Shown: positions 1 through 12,595, counted from the first letter of the stretch. The stretch is 64,000 nt of DNA from Prochlorococcus sp. AG-459-B06 (GCA_003209475.1 QCQY01000004.1:6115-70114), one strand, 5' to 3'. Numbers and translations: made by a program. The notes: a model not told the origin generated them from the sequence alone.

Positions 1-399
1 TTTAAGAGAAAAGCTTGTTAAAACAGTTATTCCTACAACAAATGGAGGTTTTACACTGACTGAGGTAGCTCCTTCTAAAGATGCTTTTTTCGAATCCTTA
101 AGAGCTTTTAGACCTGCTGAAGCATGGATAGAAATTATATCAACCCCTAACTTTGAAACTTGGAAACATGATGCGCGCATGGTATTTGGAATATCATGAA
201 ATTTCAAGTCTAAAAAAATTTTTTTATTTAAACCTTTTAATATTTCAATAATTCTTGGACCTTCCCTAACAAAAAGCTCTAAACCAACTTTCACCCACTT
301 AATATTGGGACATTTTTCCAAAAGTAATTTTGCTTGACTTAAATCTAATCCATCAATTGCCAATATTATTTTATCTTCTGATTTAAATATGTTATTCAT
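1..399 (-). CDS. pyrF: orotidine-5'-phosphate decarboxylase, 5' part (runs off window)
   Basis: Manual translation [17 protein letters not shown]...KVGLELF...[12 protein letters not shown] contains the OMPDC signature DxKxxDIPNT. Confidence 0.95.
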   Translation of the reverse strand, partial: MNNIFKSEDKIILAIDGLDLSQAKLLLEKCPNIKWVKVGLELFVREGPRIIEILKGLNKKIFLDLKFHDIPNTMRASCFQVSKLGVDIISIHASAGLKALKDSKKASLEGATSVSVKPPFVVGITVLTSFSLK

Positions 400-405
400 C
401 AATTT

Positions 406-1644
406 TCAGTTTTCAAACCTCTTAATTATTTTTTTCCCAATTTGCAAAATTTTTCCTTCCAAATCATTTTTCGAATTAAAAACTAAATCAGGATTTAATA
501 CTTTCTTACTATCAATTTTTACACCCCCACCTTTAATAGATCTTTTGGATTCGCTGCTAGATTTGAAAAATTCTAGAGCACTTAATAAGTAAAAAAACTT
601 TACTGGAAAAACTACTTCTTTTAAAGAAATCTCTGGAATTTCTCCAACTTTTTCTTTATGTCCAAGGAATAATTTTTCGCAGTTTGATTGCGCCTTTAAT
701 GCTTCTTCAGCCCCATGAAATAAAGTAGTAACTTCTAAAGCCATTCTTCTCTGTAATTCACGAGGATTTGAGTTTTCAAGAAAACTTAAATCTAATTCAG
801 TAAGTAATTCAAAATAGGTGGGTATTATATTATCGGGTACTTTTTCTAATTTTGAATACATTGAAAGAGGATCTTCAGTTAAACCGACGGTGTTAAATTC
901 AGATTTACTCATCTTCTTAATTCCATCTAAACCTGTCAATATTGGAAGCAGAATGCCAAATTGAGGGTCTTGTTTAAAATGCCTTTGAAGATCTCTTCCT
1001 ATTGCAATATTAAATTTCTGATCTGTGCCTCCAAGCTCAATATCTGATTGAACAACTACCGAATCGTAACCTTGTAATAGTGGATATAAGAATTCATGCA
1101 AAGCAATTGGAACTTGCGAAGTGTGCCTTTTATTAAATTCTTCCTTAGCTAGCATTTGACTAACTGTTGCACTGCCCATTAATTCAATTATCGAATTAAG
1201 ATTTAGTCCTTTTAACCATTCACTGTTATATCTAATTTCTATCCTATCTTTTGAATCAAAATCTAAAATAGATTCATTGGCTGGCTTTCCCATTCCTAGT
1301 TGGGTTAAGTATGTTTTTGAATTATCCTTAACTTGTTTTTCCGATAACTGAACTCTTGTTTTGTTTTTTCCGGTTGGGTCACCAATTTGAGCAGTAAAAT
1401 CCCCAATAATTAAAATTGCAGTATGTCCATTATCTTGGAATGCCCTAAGTTTTTTAAACAATATGCTGTGCCCAAGATGAATATCTATTCCAGTTGGATC
1501 GATCCCTAGTTTAACCCTTAATTTTTTATTATTTTTTTTCGCATGATCTATTATCTCCGAAAAGGTTTGATCTGTTCCCTTAATTGGGAAATATTCTTCT
1601 ATCCCTCTTGATAGCCATGATGGCAATATTAAATTATCTGACAT
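406..1644 (-). CDS. tyrS: tyrosine--tRNA ligase
   Basis: HLGH and KMSKS class I motifs, [15 protein letters not shown]-terminal S4-like domain. Confidence 0.97.
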   Translation of the reverse strand: MSDNLILPSWLSRGIEEYFPIKGTDQTFSEIIDHAKKNNKKLRVKLGIDPTGIDIHLGHSILFKKLRAFQDNGHTAILIIGDFTAQIGDPTGKNKTRVQLSEKQVKDNSKTYLTQLGMGKPANESILDFDSKDRIEIRYNSEWLKGLNLNSIIELMGSATVSQMLAKEEFNKRHTSQVPIALHEFLYPLLQGYDSVVVQSDIELGGTDQKFNIAIGRDLQRHFKQDPQFGILLPILTGLDGIKKMSKSEFNTVGLTEDPLSMYSKLEKVPDNIIPTYFELLTELDLSFLENSNPRELQRRMALEVTTLFHGAEEALKAQSNCEKLFLGHKEKVGEIPEISLKEVVFPVKFFYLLSALEFFKSSSESKRSIKGGGVKIDSKKVLNPDLVFNSKNDLEGKILQIGKKIIKRFEN

Positions 1645-1663
1645 GAAGCTTTAATTGTTAAAT

Positions 1664-1987
1664 TTAAGAAGTTTTATCAAGTTCATCCTTCATTCTTATT
1701 AAGGTTTTATTCATTTGATCGAACATTTGATCAGGAGTAATTCCAAATTGACTTAACTGTGTCTTTAGTTGTTCAACTGTCATTTTTGCTTGAAAATCTT
1801 CAGACAATTCAAATCTCTTCATAAAAACCTTATAACGATCCATAAGAGATTCCATTTTTTTTATAAACATTTTTTTCCCTTCTCTGTCAAATTTTCCATA
1901 ATCAGAACCAAGTTTCATAAGTTCTTGGTAATCTGTAAAAAGCTTTTTAGCTTCTTCTTGAACGATGTCTGACTCAAAAAATCCCAT
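1664..1987 (-). CDS. conserved cyanobacterial protein (DUF1825-like)
   Basis: MGFFESDIVQEEAKKLF...GKFDREGKK; start moved to the ATG at 1987 (ORF track begins at 2008). Confidence 0.75.
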   Translation of the reverse strand: MGFFESDIVQEEAKKLFTDYQELMKLGSDYGKFDREGKKMFIKKMESLMDRYKVFMKRFELSEDFQAKMTVEQLKTQLSQFGITPDQMFDQMNKTLIRMKDELDKTS

Positions 1988-2137
1988 TTCTATTTTTTTA
2001 CTTCGCAAGATTAAGGCTCAACTACAAGATAACAAGAATCTTTTAAATTGATTAGAACATTAATAAATTTTAGTTTATAAATAATTCTTGATTTATATTT
2101 TTTCAGAATTAAATTTAGTAGACATGTTTACTAAATA

Positions 2138-2749
2138 TTGGAAAAATTTAACGTAAATAATATTTCAAACCAAAATAAACAATTTGAATTATTTGGTTCA
2201 AATGTAAATACATCAATTAATTTTCAACACTCAAATAATCTAAAAATCAAGGGCAAAATCCTAACTGAATGGAGAAATAGAATATATAATCACCAATTCA
2301 AAATTTCAAAAGATACTCACAATAAAACTTTGCACCAAACAAGTCTTCCTATAAATAAAATTTCCAATGAAAAAAAAATTGATCCGTTTTCCCTTCAGCC
2401 ACTATCATTGAACTTTTGGAGAACCAATCAATATATACATAATGGGCCAGCAATGTATTTTGTAATCGACTCGATGGAGAGTTCTAAAATAATCTTATAT
2501 ATAGGAGAAACAAATTCAGCAAATAAAAGATGGAAGGGAGAACATGACTGTAAAAATTACCTCATGAACTATAGAGAAGCCCTAGCTCATAATAAACTCT
2601 CAAGTCACCAAGATATTCGTTTCTTCTTAGATGTGCCTAAAGAAGTAAAATTAAGACGTAAATTAGAGCAGCAACTGATATATTTATGGTTACCACCTTT
2701 TAATAAAGAAACTCGAGATAGGTGGACAACTACTTTCACAAACAACTAA
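2138..2749 (+). CDS. GIY-YIG nuclease superfamily protein
   Basis: AMYFVID...LYIGET...RW..EH...E...PPFN pattern. Confidence 0.7.
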   Translation: MEKFNVNNISNQNKQFELFGSNVNTSINFQHSNNLKIKGKILTEWRNRIYNHQFKISKDTHNKTLHQTSLPINKISNEKKIDPFSLQPLSLNFWRTNQYIHNGPAMYFVIDSMESSKIILYIGETNSANKRWKGEHDCKNYLMNYREALAHNKLSSHQDIRFFLDVPKEVKLRRKLEQQLIYLWLPPFNKETRDRWTTTFTNN

Positions 2750-2773
2750 AAGTTAATTAAATCCTTTTTACAA

Positions 2774-4246
2774 ATGCAATTTTCCACATTCCAAAAAAAT
2801 CTAGATAACTGGCAAGGTGCTTCATTAATTTTTGGAGTTTTAGAGGAAGAAATTGCAAGCCAACTTGAAAACATAAAATTTGTTGTTGACCCAAAATTAT
2901 TACTAAAAAAAGTTACTCAAAAAAAATTCAAAGGAGAGAAAGGAAAAACTTTAAGCTTTGAATTTTTAGATCAAAAATTAGAAACTTTAATCATAGTTGG
3001 TCTTGGCAAATCAAAAGACCTAAATAAAAGTGACATAGAAAACTCTATAGGAAATCTAATTAGGAAAACTGTTGATAAAAATGAAAAAATCAGCATCTTG
3101 CTACCTTGGGAATTAATAAATTCACAACTAGAAATAAAACAATTAGCCGAGTCTGCCAGATTATCTGCCTATAAGGACAATAGATTCAATAAGAAAAAAG
3201 ATGAAAAGAAAGTTCTTAAAGAAATAGAATTTTTGAATTTAAAAAAATTTGAGAAAATTAGCTTTGAAGAGACAGCACAAATATGTGAGGGTGTAGAACT
3301 AGCTAGAAGACTTGTAGCCGCCCCTCCAAATAGTCTTACACCTCAAGAAATGTCTTTGAAAGCTTCTCAAATAGCTAAAGATCATGGTTTGGAAGTAAAA
3401 ATTTTAGAGTCAAAAGATTGTGAAGATTTAGGTATGGGTGCATATTTAGCTGTAGCAAAAGGTTCTGATCTAGACCCTAAATTTATTCATCTTACTTTAA
3501 AGCCAGAGGGGCCTATAAAAGAAAAGATTGCGCTTGTTGGGAAGGGTTTAACCTTTGATTCTGGAGGATATAATCTGAAAGTTGGAGCCTCTCAAATTGA
3601 AATGATGAAATATGATATGGGCGGGAGCGCTGCAGTTTTAGGAGCGGCAAAAGCACTTGGAGCAATAAAACCAAAGGGATTAGAAATTCATTTTATTGTG
3701 GCAGCTTGCGAAAACATGATAAATGGATCTGCAGTACATCCTGGAGATGTTGTTAAAGCATCTAATGGTAAGACAATTGAAATAAATAACACTGATGCAG
3801 AGGGTAGACTCACATTAGCTGATGCTTTAACTTACGCATCCAATTTAAACCCTGATTCAATAATAGATCTAGCCACTTTAACAGGAGCTATTGTTGTTGC
3901 ATTAGGGAATGATGTAGCTGGATTCTGGAGCAATAATGATGATCTAGCAAATGACCTAAAAACTGCATCAGCCCAGTCTGGAGAAGAATTATGGCAAATG
4001 CCTTTACAAAAATCTTATAAAGAAGGGTTAAAGTCTCATATAGCTGACATGAAAAATACAGGTCCTAGAGCAGGTGGGTCAATAACTGCTGCTTTGTTTT
4101 TAGAGGAATTCTTTGATAAAGAGATTAAATGGGCTCATATTGATATTGCTGGGACTTGTTGGACTGATAAGAATAAGGGAATTAATCCATCAGGTGCAAC
4201 CGGTTTTGGAGTTAAAACTCTTGTTCAATGGATTAAAAATAAATAA
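2774..4246 (+). CDS. pepA: leucyl aminopeptidase (M17)
   Basis: [26 protein letters not shown] motifs. Confidence 0.96.
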   Translation: MQFSTFQKNLDNWQGASLIFGVLEEEIASQLENIKFVVDPKLLLKKVTQKKFKGEKGKTLSFEFLDQKLETLIIVGLGKSKDLNKSDIENSIGNLIRKTVDKNEKISILLPWELINSQLEIKQLAESARLSAYKDNRFNKKKDEKKVLKEIEFLNLKKFEKISFEETAQICEGVELARRLVAAPPNSLTPQEMSLKASQIAKDHGLEVKILESKDCEDLGMGAYLAVAKGSDLDPKFIHLTLKPEGPIKEKIALVGKGLTFDSGGYNLKVGASQIEMMKYDMGGSAAVLGAAKALGAIKPKGLEIHFIVAACENMINGSAVHPGDVVKASNGKTIEINNTDAEGRLTLADALTYASNLNPDSIIDLATLTGAIVVALGNDVAGFWSNNDDLANDLKTASAQSGEELWQMPLQKSYKEGLKSHIADMKNTGPRAGGSITAALFLEEFFDKEIKWAHIDIAGTCWTDKNKGINPSGATGFGVKTLVQWIKNK

Positions 4247-4257
4247 CTATATTTAAA

Positions 4258-4860
4258 TCATTCATTCCAAAGATTTGTTGATCTGGCGTTATCACCCCAT
4301 AATTTATCCAACCTCTGATCTCTCCCACATGAGAATCTATAGAACTTATATTTTAATTCATTTCTCTCAGCAAAATCCTGATGATATTCTTCAGCCAACC
4401 AAAATTGACCTTTTGATTTTAGTTCCACAGATATTTTTTCTAATGGCACACTCAATTCATTCGAGGCAGAAACAATTGCATTTATTGCATCACTTTCCTC
4501 AGTTGCATCTTTGAAAAAGATCACTGGTCTATAAGAATCTCCACGATCACAAAATTGACCCTTGCCGTCCAGAGGATCAATATTTCTGAAATAGAGCCTA
4601 AGTATCTCGGATAAGTTTACCAATTTGGAATCATAGTCTACCAAAACCACTTCCTGATGTCCTTCGTGATTTTCGTAAGTAGGATTTTTCAAATCTCCAC
4701 CTGAATAGCCACTTTGTACAAAATTTATCCCTTTCAATGACTCTAAATCATGTTCTAAACACCAAAAACAACCTCCTGCAAGAATCAATTCCTCTGCAAA
4801 AGCGTTTACAGGGTTAAAAAATATTGAAAGAGCAACTATTAGAGATAAAAGGTATTTCAT
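4258..4860 (-). CDS. msrA: peptide-methionine (S)-S-oxide reductase with signal peptide
   Basis: AGGCFWC, GQFCDRGDSY, AEEYHQ; hydrophobic N-terminus ending AFA. Confidence 0.93.
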   Translation of the reverse strand: MKYLLSLIVALSIFFNPVNAFAEELILAGGCFWCLEHDLESLKGINFVQSGYSGGDLKNPTYENHEGHQEVVLVDYDSKLVNLSEILRLYFRNIDPLDGKGQFCDRGDSYRPVIFFKDATEESDAINAIVSASNELSVPLEKISVELKSKGQFWLAEEYHQDFAERNELKYKFYRFSCGRDQRLDKLWGDNARSTNLWNE

Positions 4861-4876
4861 TTTTTTATTATAAAGT

Positions 4877-6055
4877 TCAAATAATAGAATTAATAATCTC
4901 TTTAGCAGCCCTCTGGACTACGCCCTCTTCTCCTAATTCTTTTTTTAAAAAAGCATAACCTTTTTTCATTTTTATTTTTTCTGACTTTCCCTCAAGAATC
5001 CTACAAGATTTGTAAAAAATTTTTTTTTCGTCAAACTCTCTCTGTACAAACTCAGGGATTATTAATTTATTAACTAACAAATTTACAGGAGAAATAAATT
5101 TAACTTTGAAATTGAGAATTTTTTTAGCAATAAAAGCAGTTACCCTACTTACTCTATAACCAACAATCTGTGGGATCCCATATAAAGCTAATTCCATATT
5201 AACTGTCCCAGATTTACAAAGAGCAATTTTAGTTAGTGAATAAATATAAGGCTTTAATTTTGCACTATCTATTTGAGAAATCACAAATCCTTTAACTTGA
5301 TATTTTCTAAAGGATTTTTTGAATATTTCATCAAAAGCTCTCCTACAGGAGGGGATATAGACAACTAAACTTGGATATTTTTGTTGCAGTTTTTTAGCCG
5401 CTCTCATAAAAGTAGGTAATATATATCTCAATTCTTGAGGTCTTGATGCGGGCATTAAAAGTATGATGTTTTGATTTGGGCGAAGGTTTAAAATAGTTCT
5501 GGCATCTTGCTTTAGAGGAAGTTTTTTTGTCAAATCAATCATTGGATGTCCAACCCAAAAAACATTTCCGCCCCTCTTTTTGTAGAAAACTGCTTCTTTC
5601 TTGAAAATTGCAAAAATCTTATCAGAAAACTTTATTAGATTTGTTGTAGTATTATTTCCAACCCTCCAAGCCCACTCTTGAGGAGCAATATAGTAAAAAA
5701 TTGGAATTTTAGTCTTCGATCTTTTTAATTTAGTACCAATTTTTATATTGGGGCCCATATAGTCAATCAAAATTAAGCAATCAGGAGGATATTTTTTTAG
5801 TAATTTGTAGAACCTTTTTTGAATTCTTATTGTTGGAATAATTAGAGGTAAAGCCTCCCAAATTCCTATTGCACTAATTGATGTAGTATCTTGAAAAATT
5901 TTTACACCTTCATTCTTCATCCTTTCCCCGCCTAATCCGCAAATTTCTAAATCTATAGATTTTTTTTTTGCTTCATCTAATAATGCTTTTGATAACAAAC
6001 TTCCATGCAAATCTCCAGAGACTTCTCCAGTACTTATAAATATCTTTTTATTCAT
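4877..6055 (-). CDS. lpxB: lipid-A-disaccharide synthase
   Basis: STGEVSGDLHG, APQEWAWR, SGTVNMELAL; lpx operon context. Confidence 0.95.
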   Translation of the reverse strand: MNKKIFISTGEVSGDLHGSLLSKALLDEAKKKSIDLEICGLGGERMKNEGVKIFQDTTSISAIGIWEALPLIIPTIRIQKRFYKLLKKYPPDCLILIDYMGPNIKIGTKLKRSKTKIPIFYYIAPQEWAWRVGNNTTTNLIKFSDKIFAIFKKEAVFYKKRGGNVFWVGHPMIDLTKKLPLKQDARTILNLRPNQNIILLMPASRPQELRYILPTFMRAAKKLQQKYPSLVVYIPSCRRAFDEIFKKSFRKYQVKGFVISQIDSAKLKPYIYSLTKIALCKSGTVNMELALYGIPQIVGYRVSRVTAFIAKKILNFKVKFISPVNLLVNKLIIPEFVQREFDEKKIFYKSCRILEGKSEKIKMKKGYAFLKKELGEEGVVQRAAKEIINSII

Positions 6056-6906
6056 ACATTCACTACAGGCATTGGTCCTCGTCTTTCTTTAGATATTGAC
6101 TCTTTTAAAAAACTACATAATCTTGAAGATGAAATATCTAATTCTCCTTTCATTACTTTTTCTAATGAATTTGAAATCGCATCATTAGATTTAAAAAGTA
6201 TATTCCAAGTACTTTGAAGTATTTTTAAGTCAAAATTTTTATTTTCCATTAAACCACTTCTCTTAATTCCAATCCTATTTAAACCTCTCAATCTTCCTGG
6301 ATGCCCTTCGGCTAAACAAAAGGGAGGTACATCTCTATCTACTCTCGTCATCCCTCCAATCATCGCTAAATATCCGATATGTACAAACTGATGAATACCT
6401 AAACAACCGCCAATAATTGCTTTATCTTCAATCTTTACATGGCCTGCGACTTGAACACTATTTGATAAAACTATACCATTACCTAGTTCACAATTATGGC
6501 CGATATGAGTGTAAGCCATCAACAAATTATTATTTCCAATAATTGTTTTTTCTCCTTCATTAGTTGCCTTATTAATAGTTACACATTCTCTGAAAGTATT
6601 ATTATCTCCAATAATTACTTCAGTATGGCCCCCTTTATATTTAAGGTCCTGGGGATCAAGACCTATAAAAACACTTGGGAAAACTTTATTGTTAATACCA
6701 ATTTGAGTTCTTCCTGAAATAACCGCATTCGGTCCAATTTCGGTTCCTTTCCCGATAGTCACATCAGGACCTATAGTAGCTCCTTGAGAAACAATAACCC
6801 CATCATGTAATACGGCACTTGGATCAACAAAAGCATTTGGATGGATTTTTACGCCACTAAAGCTTGTGTTTAATTCAGTATTTTTATGATCCATATCTCT
6901 AATCAA
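6052..6906 (-). CDS. lpxA: UDP-N-acetylglucosamine acyltransferase
   Basis: Hexapeptide repeats, PQDLKY, HIGHNC, HQFVHIG; true start possibly a few codons downstream. Confidence 0.95.
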   Translation of the reverse strand: MIRDMDHKNTELNTSFSGVKIHPNAFVDPSAVLHDGVIVSQGATIGPDVTIGKGTEIGPNAVISGRTQIGINNKVFPSVFIGLDPQDLKYKGGHTEVIIGDNNTFRECVTINKATNEGEKTIIGNNNLLMAYTHIGHNCELGNGIVLSNSVQVAGHVKIEDKAIIGGCLGIHQFVHIGYLAMIGGMTRVDRDVPPFCLAEGHPGRLRGLNRIGIKRSGLMENKNFDLKILQSTWNILFKSNDAISNSLEKVMKGELDISSSRLCSFLKESISKERRGPMPVVNV

Positions 6907-7357
6907 CCAATGAAAACATTAACTCTCCAGCACAAACCAACTTTCCATCAACGTGCGCCTCACCTTTAACCTTCCCAAATCTTTGTCTTTTAATAGACAA
7001 TAACTCACAAGAAATTATCAATTGATCTCCTGGTACAACTGGTTTTCTAAATTTAACATTATTGATTCCAGCAAAGACGAAAAGTCCTTTAGGAATATCA
7101 GGCATTTGCGTTACAATTATTCCACCAACTTGAGCCATTGATTCAACAATAAGAACCCCAGGCATCAAGGGTCTCTCAGGAAAATGTCCCTGAAATTGAG
7201 GCTCATTTATAGTTACATTTTTTATTGCAACCGCTCTCTCCCCAGGAATATGCTCTATGACTTTGTCCACAAGAGCGAAAGGATATCTGTGAGGTAACAA
7301 ACCAAGTATGTGCTCGGAGGAAAGTTGATTATTTTCACTGGATAATTTCTTTTCCAA
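6899..7357 (-). CDS. fabZ: 3-hydroxyacyl-ACP dehydratase
   Basis: [23 protein letters not shown]. Confidence 0.96.
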   Translation of the reverse strand: MEKKLSSENNQLSSEHILGLLPHRYPFALVDKVIEHIPGERAVAIKNVTINEPQFQGHFPERPLMPGVLIVESMAQVGGIIVTQMPDIPKGLFVFAGINNVKFRKPVVPGDQLIISCELLSIKRQRFGKVKGEAHVDGKLVCAGELMFSLVD

Positions 7358-7374
7358 AACTATTAAAGATAAAG

Positions 7375-8211
7375 TTAATTTTTTAGCGATGAGGCCAATA
7401 AAGCATTTAAGGAATGTGATCCTTTATAAACTAATATTTGAGCCTTAGGTAACCCTACCAAAGCCAAGTCCCCAATTAGGTCTAAAATTTTATGTCTTAT
7501 TGGTTCATTATCAAATCTTAATGGTGGATTAACCCATTTATCACCGTCACAAACAAGGGCATTTTCCAAACTTCCGCCTTTTATTAATCCAAGTTCACTT
7601 AACTCTTGAAATTGATCTTTAAAACCAAATGTTCTAGCAGGAGCAATCATTTCAACAAAACTTTTTGGATTTAAGTCAATCACAAAAGTTTGATTTCCAA
7701 TTGCTTTATAGGCAAAATTTATTGTGGATATAATTGTAGTTTTTTTAGAAGGGGTAGCTGCTATTACTGAGCCTTCTTTATTTAAAATTATTGATTTATT
7801 AATCTCTTGAAAGAAATTATCTGGTCTAGGTGCCTTTTTTATCCCTACTTTTTCAAAATCTTTAACCCATTGGATTGCTGATCCATCTAAAAGAGGAATC
7901 TCTTTCCCATCAACCTCAATATGAATATAACTTAACCCACAACCAGCCATTGATGATAGTAAATGCTCAATAGTATATAAATTTCTACCTCCCAATTTAA
8001 CTGCCGTGCAAAGCATGGTACTTCCTATTAAATCCTGAGTTAACTTAAAAATCTCGCCAGGTTTATCCCTGAAAGAGACATAATATCCTTCTTTTTCATA
8101 AGGAGAAATTGTAACTCTTGTTTTTTCTCCACTATGAAGGCCTATACCTTCTCTGGAGATAACACCAGCCAAGGTATAGCAGAAATCATAATTAGCAGGC
8201 CAAGAAAACAC
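7375..8211 (-). CDS. lpxC: UDP-3-O-acyl-GlcNAc deacetylase
   Basis: [31 protein letters not shown]. Confidence 0.96.
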   Translation of the reverse strand: MFSWPANYDFCYTLAGVISREGIGLHSGEKTRVTISPYEKEGYYVSFRDKPGEIFKLTQDLIGSTMLCTAVKLGGRNLYTIEHLLSSMAGCGLSYIHIEVDGKEIPLLDGSAIQWVKDFEKVGIKKAPRPDNFFQEINKSIILNKEGSVIAATPSKKTTIISTINFAYKAIGNQTFVIDLNPKSFVEMIAPARTFGFKDQFQELSELGLIKGGSLENALVCDGDKWVNPPLRFDNEPIRHKILDLIGDLALVGLPKAQILVYKGSHSLNALLASSLKN

Positions 8212-10350
8212 TTAAAACTTCCATCCAACTCCAAGTGTATATCTCCAATCTCCACTTAGGTCCTTACTAGCAACATCTAATCTTAATGGCCCAATTGGCG
8301 TTTTTACTCCAACCCCTCCTCCAAGAGAATAACCAGAACCTGATTTTTGTAATAATTTTCCGGGTTTTCCTGGAACATCATTTTGAGACCCTAAATCACT
8401 TCCTGCATCAACAAATAAAGCTCCTGATATCATTCTCCAAACAGGGAATCTATATTCTGCAGTACCTTCAACAAAACTTTTACTTACAGCCAAATCACAA
8501 GATCCCCACCCTCTAACAGATGATGTCCCTCCCATACAAAATGCTTCGTAAGGAGGCAATTCCCCAAGAATAGTTCCCGCCTTAAATTGAAATCCAATAG
8601 CTTGAGGACAATCTTCACTAGTAGCATCACTAGACCTACATGATTTAGTTAAATTTATTAATTTTGTTGGTATAAAAAATGAATATGAGGCTCTCATTCT
8701 ATTAAAAGTTGGAGAGTTTTCCCCTATCGGAACAAACTGTTCGGTACCAAAACTAAATTTATTACCTGCAGTTGGGTTGATGGAATTGTTCAAATTATTT
8801 CTAGATGCACTGGCAATAACACTTACCAATGTATTTTCATCAGGGCATGACCCATCATTAGGAGTAAATCCAATACAAATAATGTCGCTTATGTTATTTC
8901 TGGTTGTGGTTGGCGTCCTATCACCATAAGGTTTTTTATTACCATCACCATCAATCATCTTTACTTTCTTAAAATTCATCCCTGCAAGAATTCTCCATTT
9001 AGAGGCCTTAAAAGGATCTCCGCCATTAAGAGGCCTTGAAAAAGAAAATCCACCACCAGTTTTTTCTAAAACTATTGATGAAAAAGTATCAGAGCTAGAT
9101 GGTGTTTGATCATCTACTGCATATAATTTCCCATTCTTTTCACTTTTAAATTCTTGTGGATAATCTCTACTAAGAAAAACATTTGTCCTAAAGGATGTTT
9201 TGTGTTTATCTCCTTTAATCCATGGATCAGATAAAGAAAAATTATAGGTAGTTGAATATTCTCCAAAATTTAGATTTAAATTTGTAGACCATGCTCTTCC
9301 AAATGCATTTGTTTCCTGCAAACCAATTGATGCGAAGATACCTGCACCATTGCTATAACCAAGTCCACCTGTTAACGATCCTGTTCTTTGCTCACTCAAG
9401 TCTAAAAAAATTATGACTTGACCGGGATTTAAATTATCCGGGCCAAGAGAAACCTTTACATCATCAAATAATGATGTGGCATAGAGTCTACCGATATCAG
9501 CTTCTAAAATTTTTCTATTAAAAATTGTGCCAGGTTGTGTTTTTAATTCTCTTTTGATAACCCAGTCTTTTGTTTTCCCTTTTCTAGGTTTTCCATCAAT
9601 AATAAATTTACCATCAGAATTTGGGAATCTTATTTTTACGTCAGATATAATACCCTCAGAAACTTTTAATATTATTACTCCGTTCTCAGAGATTCTATCT
9701 GGACTACTAATTCTAGCTAAAGAATAACCCGCTTTTTCATAACGTTCTTTTATTATTTCTATCTTATTTTGAAATTCCTTTAGGTTAAGAGTTGTTCCAT
9801 AATAATTTTTAAAAATAAAATCTATGTATTCATTGGAGACTATAGAGTTTAATGGTTTAAGTTCAACTTTCTTTAAGATTGGATTAGGCACTACATTTAC
9901 TATTAGCCTCACCCCTAATGGCCCATCTTGAGACTTTATTTTAACTCCTGAAAACCAACCACTAGCATATATTGCATTAAGGTCTTGATTTAAAATTCGA
10001 TTGTCAACAATACTTCCAGGCTTTATGCTCATGGAATCATATGCAGCCAATTCAAGTTTTCTACCCTCAGGATGATTTTCCCAACCTTCGATAATTATTT
10101 CTGAGATAAGAACTCTTTCTTCACTAATATCATTATTATTTTCTGCAAGAAGAAATTTTTTCTCTTTTTTAATATCAACCCCTTGAAATAAAACATTATT
10201 AATATTTGGTATTTCTAAGGTTTTTAATGATTTATCAATGTTATTTGGCAAATACTTTGCAGCCAGTTCTGAATTATTTGATATCAAAATCAAGGGAGAG
10301 CAGGCAACATTTATGAAAACCTTTCCAAATTTTAAAAAATGTTTTTGCAT
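8212..10350 (-). CDS. bamA: outer membrane protein assembly factor (Omp85/BamA)
   Basis: POTRA-like N-terminus, GGTSSVRGW, TPIGPLRLD, C-terminal F. Confidence 0.92.
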   Translation of the reverse strand: MQKHFLKFGKVFINVACSPLILISNNSELAAKYLPNNIDKSLKTLEIPNINNVLFQGVDIKKEKKFLLAENNNDISEERVLISEIIIEGWENHPEGRKLELAAYDSMSIKPGSIVDNRILNQDLNAIYASGWFSGVKIKSQDGPLGVRLIVNVVPNPILKKVELKPLNSIVSNEYIDFIFKNYYGTTLNLKEFQNKIEIIKERYEKAGYSLARISSPDRISENGVIILKVSEGIISDVKIRFPNSDGKFIIDGKPRKGKTKDWVIKRELKTQPGTIFNRKILEADIGRLYATSLFDDVKVSLGPDNLNPGQVIIFLDLSEQRTGSLTGGLGYSNGAGIFASIGLQETNAFGRAWSTNLNLNFGEYSTTYNFSLSDPWIKGDKHKTSFRTNVFLSRDYPQEFKSEKNGKLYAVDDQTPSSSDTFSSIVLEKTGGGFSFSRPLNGGDPFKASKWRILAGMNFKKVKMIDGDGNKKPYGDRTPTTTRNNISDIICIGFTPNDGSCPDENTLVSVIASASRNNLNNSINPTAGNKFSFGTEQFVPIGENSPTFNRMRASYSFFIPTKLINLTKSCRSSDATSEDCPQAIGFQFKAGTILGELPPYEAFCMGGTSSVRGWGSCDLAVSKSFVEGTAEYRFPVWRMISGALFVDAGSDLGSQNDVPGKPGKLLQKSGSGYSLGGGVGVKTPIGPLRLDVASKDLSGDWRYTLGVGWKF

Positions 10351-10386
10351 TGTATTTGTGATTAAGATAAAAAAGTCATTATTAAT

Positions 10387-11124
10387 TCAATTAGGTTTAA
10401 GGAAATCGTTTATTCTTCGATGGATTTCACTATAAGCTTCAATTAGACCACCTAAATCATTTCTAAATCTATCTTTATCAAGACTTACAATTATATCATT
10501 TTTTTGATTTAGATCCCACAGTCTACAATTATCAGGACTTATTTCATCCCCGAGAATAATATTATTTCTAGAATCATAACCAAATTCCAATTTAAAATCT
10601 ACAAGTTGAAGTTGAATATTTTTAAAAAAACTTTTCAAGATTATATTAATTTTTAAGGTTAAATTTATTATTAACTCTAAATCATGAGAGCTTAATATGT
10701 TCATTAATTCAATTCTATCTTTTGTAATAAGGGGATCATTAAGTTCATCATTTTTAAGATAGATATCAATTAATGGTTTAGATAACAAAGTTCCAGGTTT
10801 GATACTGGTTTGTTTGCACAAAGAACCATATGCAGTATTTCTTAGAACAATTTCTAATGGAATCACTTTAATTTTTTTTGCAATCATTGTATTTTCATTT
10901 TCAAGTTCGATGAAATGAGTTGGAATATTTTTCTTAATAAGAATCTCAAAAATTCTTGCACTTATTAAGCAATTAAGTTTGCCTTTACCTTCAAATTTTT
11001 CTTTTTTCAAAGCATTAAATGCTGTAGCTTCATCTTTAAATTCAATTTTTACTTTATTTTTATCATCATGAGTAAATACTTTTTTTGCTTTGCCTTCATA
11101 AATCAACTTATATTTATTTTTCAT
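10387..11124 (-). CDS. purC: SAICAR synthetase
   Basis: YEGKAK, LVDFKLEFG, DEISPDNCRLWD, LDKDRFR. Confidence 0.96.
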   Translation of the reverse strand: MKNKYKLIYEGKAKKVFTHDDKNKVKIEFKDEATAFNALKKEKFEGKGKLNCLISARIFEILIKKNIPTHFIELENENTMIAKKIKVIPLEIVLRNTAYGSLCKQTSIKPGTLLSKPLIDIYLKNDELNDPLITKDRIELMNILSSHDLELIINLTLKINIILKSFFKNIQLQLVDFKLEFGYDSRNNIILGDEISPDNCRLWDLNQKNDIIVSLDKDRFRNDLGGLIEAYSEIHRRINDFLKPN

Positions 11125-11259
11125 TAACTTAAAACCTCATTATTATTACTAAAGTAATTTTTGTAATTAACATTATTATTAGAGATCAACTTCAAATGAT
11201 TTTATTTTCATTTTAACTGATTATTCATCGAATCCTCATAACCTTAAAAAAACAAATAT

Positions 11260-12591
11260 ATGGGAATTTATTCACCTAGTTCTAGGAACTTTATTAGATT
11301 AGAAAATATTTTAATAATTGGAAATGGCGGGAGAGAAAACTCTTTGGCTTGGGCTATTCAAAAAAATGAATTAGTTAAAAAAGTTTATTTAATACCTGGT
11401 AACGCTGGTTCAGAAAGAATAAATAAATGTGAAAGAATAAAAATTGATATAAATAATAGAATTGAACTAGTTGAAAAGCTTGATTTTTTTAAGATAGATT
11501 TAGTCGTTATTGGACCAGAAATACCTCTGGCAAATGGATTAGCTGATTTTCTTCGAAAAAAAGATTTTAAAGTGTTTGGTCCTAATAAAGATGGAGCAAA
11601 ACTAGAATTTAGCAAATCGTGGGCGAAGGAATTTATGCAAGACGCAAATATTCCAACAGCAAACTTTTGGAAAGTCAATTCTCTAGAAGAAGCCAAAAAA
11701 ATTATTAATTCATCATCAATTCCACTTGTAGTAAAAGCTGATGGCCTAGCTTCAGGCAAAGGTGTTTTTATTCCTAATTCAAAAGATGAATGCTTCAAAG
11801 CAGCAGAGATAATTTTTAATGGAAGATTTGGTAACTCTGGGGATGTAGTTGTTCTAGAAGAAAAAATTCAAGGGCCAGAAGTTTCAGTTTTTGCTTTGTG
11901 CGATGGAAAGAGATATACATTACTTCCAACAGCCCAAGATCACAAACGACTTAATGAAAAAGATAGAGGTCCAAACACAGGAGGTATGGGGGCTTATTCT
12001 CCTGCCCCATTATTAACAGGAGATTACCTTGATAGAATCGTCAAAGAGATAATTGAACCTACAATAAATGAGCTAAATACAAGAAATATTGACTATAGAG
12101 GCGTAATTTATTTTGGGTTAATGATCACAAAATCTGGGCCCAAGGTTATAGAATATAATTGCAGGTTTGGTGATCCAGAATGTCAAACAATAATGCCCAT
12201 GATGGATCAAAATTTTGTATTTCTTTTAGAAAAATGCTCAATGGGAAGTTTAACTGGTGATGAAAAAATTAATATTTCTGATAAAGTTAGTGGTTGTGTA
12301 ATAGCGACTTCCAAAGGTTATCCGCATGAATATAAAAATGGCTATCAAATTAAAATAGGTAAGATTGATTCAAATGATTGTCAAATTTTTGACTCAGGTA
12401 CTTCTTTTAGTGAAAGTGGGAAATTATTAACTGCTGGAGGAAGAGTCTTAAGTATTGTCTGTCAAGATAAAGACTTCGATACGGTTTTTGAAAAAGCATA
12501 CAAAAATTTAAAAGAAATTCATTTTGAGGGTATTTATTATAGAAATGACATAGGTCATCAAGTGAGAAAAAACTTTTCAAAGGAGAATTGA
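11260..12591 (+). CDS. purD: phosphoribosylamine--glycine ligase
   Basis: GNGGRE, KADGLASGKGV, QDHKR, GPNTGGMG, RFGDPE. Confidence 0.96.
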   Translation: MGIYSPSSRNFIRLENILIIGNGGRENSLAWAIQKNELVKKVYLIPGNAGSERINKCERIKIDINNRIELVEKLDFFKIDLVVIGPEIPLANGLADFLRKKDFKVFGPNKDGAKLEFSKSWAKEFMQDANIPTANFWKVNSLEEAKKIINSSSIPLVVKADGLASGKGVFIPNSKDECFKAAEIIFNGRFGNSGDVVVLEEKIQGPEVSVFALCDGKRYTLLPTAQDHKRLNEKDRGPNTGGMGAYSPAPLLTGDYLDRIVKEIIEPTINELNTRNIDYRGVIYFGLMITKSGPKVIEYNCRFGDPECQTIMPMMDQNFVFLLEKCSMGSLTGDEKINISDKVSGCVIATSKGYPHEYKNGYQIKIGKIDSNDCQIFDSGTSFSESGKLLTAGGRVLSIVCQDKDFDTVFEKAYKNLKEIHFEGIYYRNDIGHQVRKNFSKEN

Positions 12592-12595
12592 GTTT